Sequence record: NC_041974.1
Direction: 5' to 3' (one strand)
DNA: 64,000 nucleotides
In this document: one piece after another, positions 60,784-64,000 of the stretch
How the letters are laid out: every line of letters begins with the position of its first letter
Numbering within the stretch: the first letter of the stretch is position 1
The notes under the pieces: generated by a model
The model's database searches: none
What the model saw: the letters and a program-made list of their open reading frames with translations, nothing else
Told to the model about the DNA's origin: nothing
Program-made: the position numbers and the translations under genes

Positions 60784-63051
60784 ATGGCATTGAAACTTCT
60801 GCATGTAGCTAAAACCGCCGACATGCTGTCACGCATCCAATCTCAGATCAATGGCGGCCATGCATCAGGCGACGCTACCGCGGTTAAAAGCTACGGTATG
60901 GAGTCGCTTGACGGCACCAGTCTGGGTGCGCAGGAAACCGCCATCAAAAATGGTATCTCTGTCATTACCGACGTGATCGCTCAGGGCACTGCATCTCAGG
61001 GCCAGAGCTACGCCGGTAACGGTCTGGAAGGTTTCTCTGATGCACAGATCCAAGCGGCATCAATCGCACTGACTATCGGTGGTGACTTCCAGGGTTACAT
61101 CGGTGCACTGAAAAACAACTCTAACCGTGCCATGTCTGCATCTGACCTGAGCCTGGTTTCCGGTAGCCGTTACGGCTCTGCTAACATGAAGCAGGGTTAC
61201 GGTACCGAAGCTTTCGAACAGGCGCAGAGCTTTGTTCCTCAGCAGAACGCAACGGTTGAATACAACCTGAAAGCGGCTAAGCAGGATGCCGTTGGTGAAG
61301 CCTTCTTCCCAACTACTACCCTGACGCCAAACGACATCGGCCTGAGCGTAACTGTGCCGGTTGACATCGTTGAACCTTTCATCAAGCACAAAGCAAATGG
61401 CGAAGTGACGGATTGGCAGCGTAAGAAGCTCATCAACGCAATGCGTGACCCGACCATTCTGCGTAACGACGCGATCAAGCTGATTCCTTATCGTCCACTG
61501 GACGGCAGCAACGACGCACAGTTCGCAGTAGGCGTGCCGAAGTTCAACGAAATTCAGGGCGGCGAAGAAGTACCAACTGGTGCACTGAAGCCTGGTATCA
61601 AAATCGGTTTCATGGGTCTGTGCTCTACTCCGTCTCTGGTTCAGGCCGGCGCGCTGGAAGCATCTGATCAGATCGACACCGGTGCTCGTCTGCAGTACAT
61701 CTGGATCGAAGTAGCTAACGCCTCTGGCACCAAAGAGCTGTTCAAGCTGCGTACTGATCACCTGGATCGTTCTACTTTCCAGAAATCTCAGGAAGGCGAT
61801 AAGTTCGAGACGTCTCTGGACTTCTCTAACATCACCATCGCGCTGAACGACCTGAACAAAACCACCGACAACACCGATTCAGCTCTGCTGGCTCCGTTGG
61901 TGACTTCTGGTCAGCAAGCGATCCTGGCGCTGGATATCAAAGGCACCATGAACCACGAGAAAGGCAGCCTGGTAGTTAACTCGCTGACTAACCCGTCTAT
62001 CATCCGTGTTTACGATACCGTGGCTAAAGAAGATGCGAACACCAAGTCTGGTGCTCTGCGTGACGCAATCGACGCTCTGACGATCACCTTCAAAGGTTAC
62101 TTCGTCCGCGCTAACCTGCGTAACAGCAACTTCCGTACCCGCGAGCAGCGTGTTGACCGCCAGACTTCCGTGTACAAGTACATGGTACAGCTGGGCGCAC
62201 CAATCACTGCTATCGCTCCAGTAACTGACGCATGGGGCCCGAAAGAGTCTATCGCAGTTGAAACCCTGAGCAACGCAACGTATGCACGTAACTCCGCAAT
62301 GGCTATCAGCCGTCTGCTGGACTACGTTGAAACCATCCGTGATGCAGGCGTGACCAACAACGGTCTGTGGCAGCGTTACGATGAGAACAGCATCGAAGGC
62401 GTTGGTAAAGCTGTAGTTGATCCATGGTACGGCGAAGGTAGCTTTGACATCTCTAAAGTTGTCAACGGTGTTAAATCTTCTCAGACCCGCGACGACGTTT
62501 CTGAAAAGATCCTGAACATCCTGCGTACCTACGCATACCGCATGAACGCCGAGTCTGGCTACAACGTTGCACTGCAGATGCTGTACAACGAAGTTCAGCC
62601 AACGCTGGTTATCGCAACCGACAACATCATCGCGCAGTACCTGATGGAAGTTGGTGACCTCCGCACAGCTGGTATCAGCTTCAAAGTGCACGTGGCCACC
62701 ACCAACAACATCGAGATGCGCGGCAAGATCATCATGACCCTGTCTCGTATGAAGTCAGGTGGTCTGGATCTGCTGACGTTCGGTATGCACCTGTGGGTAC
62801 CTGAGATCGTAGCAACTGTTAACGTAATGCGTAACGGTACCTACATCGAAGAAACCATGGTGCAGCCGCGTAACCTGCACGTAGTGGTTTGCCCAATCGT
62901 GGCGAACATCACCATCACCGGTCTGGAAGAAGCGTACACCGGCAAGATCACTGTCCCTGTTGACATCGTGAGCGAGCCTGAGTCTGCTGGTACCCAGGAC
63001 CTGGGTGGTCTGAACACTACTCCGGCAACTACTACCAACCCTGCTGCGTAA
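60784..63051 (+). CDS. Major capsid protein (phiKZ gp120 / SPN3US gp75-like)
   Basis: 755 aa; propeptide with YGME|S, NGLE|G, YGTE|AFE sites; KQDAVGEAFFPT; LVIATDNIIAQYL; ETMVQPRNLH; extreme codon bias. Confidence 0.92.
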   Translation: MALKLLHVAKTADMLSRIQSQINGGHASGDATAVKSYGMESLDGTSLGAQETAIKNGISVITDVIAQGTASQGQSYAGNGLEGFSDAQIQAASIALTIGGDFQGYIGALKNNSNRAMSASDLSLVSGSRYGSANMKQGYGTEAFEQAQSFVPQQNATVEYNLKAAKQDAVGEAFFPTTTLTPNDIGLSVTVPVDIVEPFIKHKANGEVTDWQRKKLINAMRDPTILRNDAIKLIPYRPLDGSNDAQFAVGVPKFNEIQGGEEVPTGALKPGIKIGFMGLCSTPSLVQAGALEASDQIDTGARLQYIWIEVANASGTKELFKLRTDHLDRSTFQKSQEGDKFETSLDFSNITIALNDLNKTTDNTDSALLAPLVTSGQQAILALDIKGTMNHEKGSLVVNSLTNPSIIRVYDTVAKEDANTKSGALRDAIDALTITFKGYFVRANLRNSNFRTREQRVDRQTSVYKYMVQLGAPITAIAPVTDAWGPKESIAVETLSNATYARNSAMAISRLLDYVETIRDAGVTNNGLWQRYDENSIEGVGKAVVDPWYGEGSFDISKVVNGVKSSQTRDDVSEKILNILRTYAYRMNAESGYNVALQMLYNEVQPTLVIATDNIIAQYLMEVGDLRTAGISFKVHVATTNNIEMRGKIIMTLSRMKSGGLDLLTFGMHLWVPEIVATVNVMRNGTYIEETMVQPRNLHVVVCPIVANITITGLEEAYTGKITVPVDIVSEPESAGTQDLGGLNTTPATTTNPAA

Positions 63052-63078
63052 GCACCAGGCGCGAGAGTAATCCGTAGC

Positions 63079-63118
63079 GCATAAACAGAGGAGGAGCATT
63101 GCTCCTCCTCTTATGCCG
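63079..63118 (+). terminator. MCP terminator with GCATAA/TTATGCCG flanks
   Basis: AGAGGAGGAGC-att-GCTCCTCCTCT-TATGCCG. Confidence 0.8.
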
Positions 63119-63156
63119 TGTGATTTTATAGAGGCACACACCAGGGGCGGATAGTA

Positions 63157-63870
63157 ATGCTTGAATTACTAATGATAGGAAGGAAGAAAGCAACAGGGGG
63201 TGGGATACCTGCAGATCTTGGACCAGGACCTGCCTCCATGCTTGGGTATTACGAACGACCGGATGGCGGTAACTCAGGGTACTTCGGTACCTTTACTAAT
63301 TTTGTTTCAACAGCTGGGTTATGTCAATCTATCGGGTTAACTGCAGGCTATCAACAAACTGAGAATGCCACTTGGCATAAGTTTCTGTTAGATGGTAAGA
63401 TCCTCTTTATACCAACCAACTATATAGTGCGTAACCTCCATTGGAACTACATTTATAATGCCGGGGCAGTATACGGGGATGACAGTTTTGGTCTTTATCA
63501 AAGCCCAACGCCAACAGCACAGAGTGCCATGCATGTGACGGTGGATGGTCGGGTTTATCGCGTGCGGTTAGTATCTATCTCAAATGGCGATCCGGCTCTG
63601 ACAGGCCAAATCGATAAAACCACCGAATGGGGTCGGTTGATGTATCCGATTGATCCAACGGTAGATGCTAGTAATACTGAAGCGGGTAAGAAATGGGGTA
63701 ACGTGGGACTGCTTTTGAGTTCAACGCAGATTCTGGCAAAGGAGACCTACGCCAGCACACCTGCTAGTAGCCTGGTTGTGGTTACGAATTCTACGACACG
63801 CTCCGCTCAATCTAAATCATCCGCACCCAGTAACTGCACCTGGCGTCCGATTCTTGAACTTGTGCAGTAA
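63157..63870 (+). CDS. phiKZ-like virion structural protein, C-type-lectin-like family; 'MLELLM' N-terminus
   Basis: GYFG...WHKFLLDGKILFIP...YNAGAVYG...YRVRL...EWGRLMY...WRPILELV. Confidence 0.7.
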   Translation: MLELLMIGRKKATGGGIPADLGPGPASMLGYYERPDGGNSGYFGTFTNFVSTAGLCQSIGLTAGYQQTENATWHKFLLDGKILFIPTNYIVRNLHWNYIYNAGAVYGDDSFGLYQSPTPTAQSAMHVTVDGRVYRVRLVSISNGDPALTGQIDKTTEWGRLMYPIDPTVDASNTEAGKKWGNVGLLLSSTQILAKETYASTPASSLVVVTNSTTRSAQSKSSAPSNCTWRPILELVQ

Positions 63871-63875
63871 GCTCT

Positions 63876-63906
63876 AAGAGGAAGGCTCCGGCCTCCTCTT
63901 ATGCCG
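63876..63906 (+). terminator. Hairpin followed by TTATGCCG
   Basis: AAGAGGAAGGC-tccg-GCCTCCTCTT-ATGCCG. Confidence 0.75.
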
Positions 63907-63920
63907 ATCTGAAAGAATTA

Positions 63921-63934
63921 CAGACCTACATTAC
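63921..63934 (+). promoter_or_regulatory. Putative phage early promoter
   Basis: CAGACCTACATTAC after terminator. Confidence 0.65.
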
Positions 63935-64000
63935 TAACTAGATGTAACAGCGACGCTAGTGTTTAGTTGAAGCCTTACATCTATGTGGAGTTAGGCGCGT

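Noticed and set aside
61879-62691. 270-aa antisense ORF inside MCP
   Set aside because: Codon-bias shadow
63157-63870. C-type-lectin-like protein as a DGR target
   Set aside because: No reverse transcriptase and no template/variable repeat pair seen in the window

Overview
This 64 kb window comes from a phiKZ-like (Chimalliviridae, nucleus-forming) jumbo myophage. The moderate GC content and enterobacterial-type codon use in the structural genes suggest a relative of SPN3US or the Erwinia jumbo phages. The core genes follow the phiKZ gp75-gp120 order: SF2 helicase (cut by the window start), a CxxC tail/baseplate assembly chaperone-like pair, the virion RNA polymerase beta'-C subunit, the exonuclease/motif-A half of a split family-B DNA polymerase, head and ejection proteins, baseplate proteins, five inner-head paralogues, a collagen-like fibre module, neck/hub candidates, thymidylate kinase, DnaB helicase and the major capsid protein. 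Accessory clusters lie at about 0.7-8.5 kb, 13.9-18.9 kb, 20.6-22.8 kb and 54-58 kb. Best leads: (1) a T-TTT-TTT -1 frameshift site at 9447-9454 that would fuse the 542-aa CxxC protein to an overlapping start-less ORF, like a tail-assembly-chaperone G/GT pair; (2) an early-promoter island containing a Tad2/DUF2829-like signal sponge, four tandem divergent unknown paralogues and two degenerate GIY-YIG/NUMOD1 proteins; (3) about 15 gene-end hairpins flanked by a conserved TTATGCCG/CGGCATAA motif in place of, or ahead of, a U-tract. I found no tRNA, rRNA, CRISPR array, intein or intron. No database searches were run: phiKZ gene-number correspondences come from recalled synteny and motifs read by eye.
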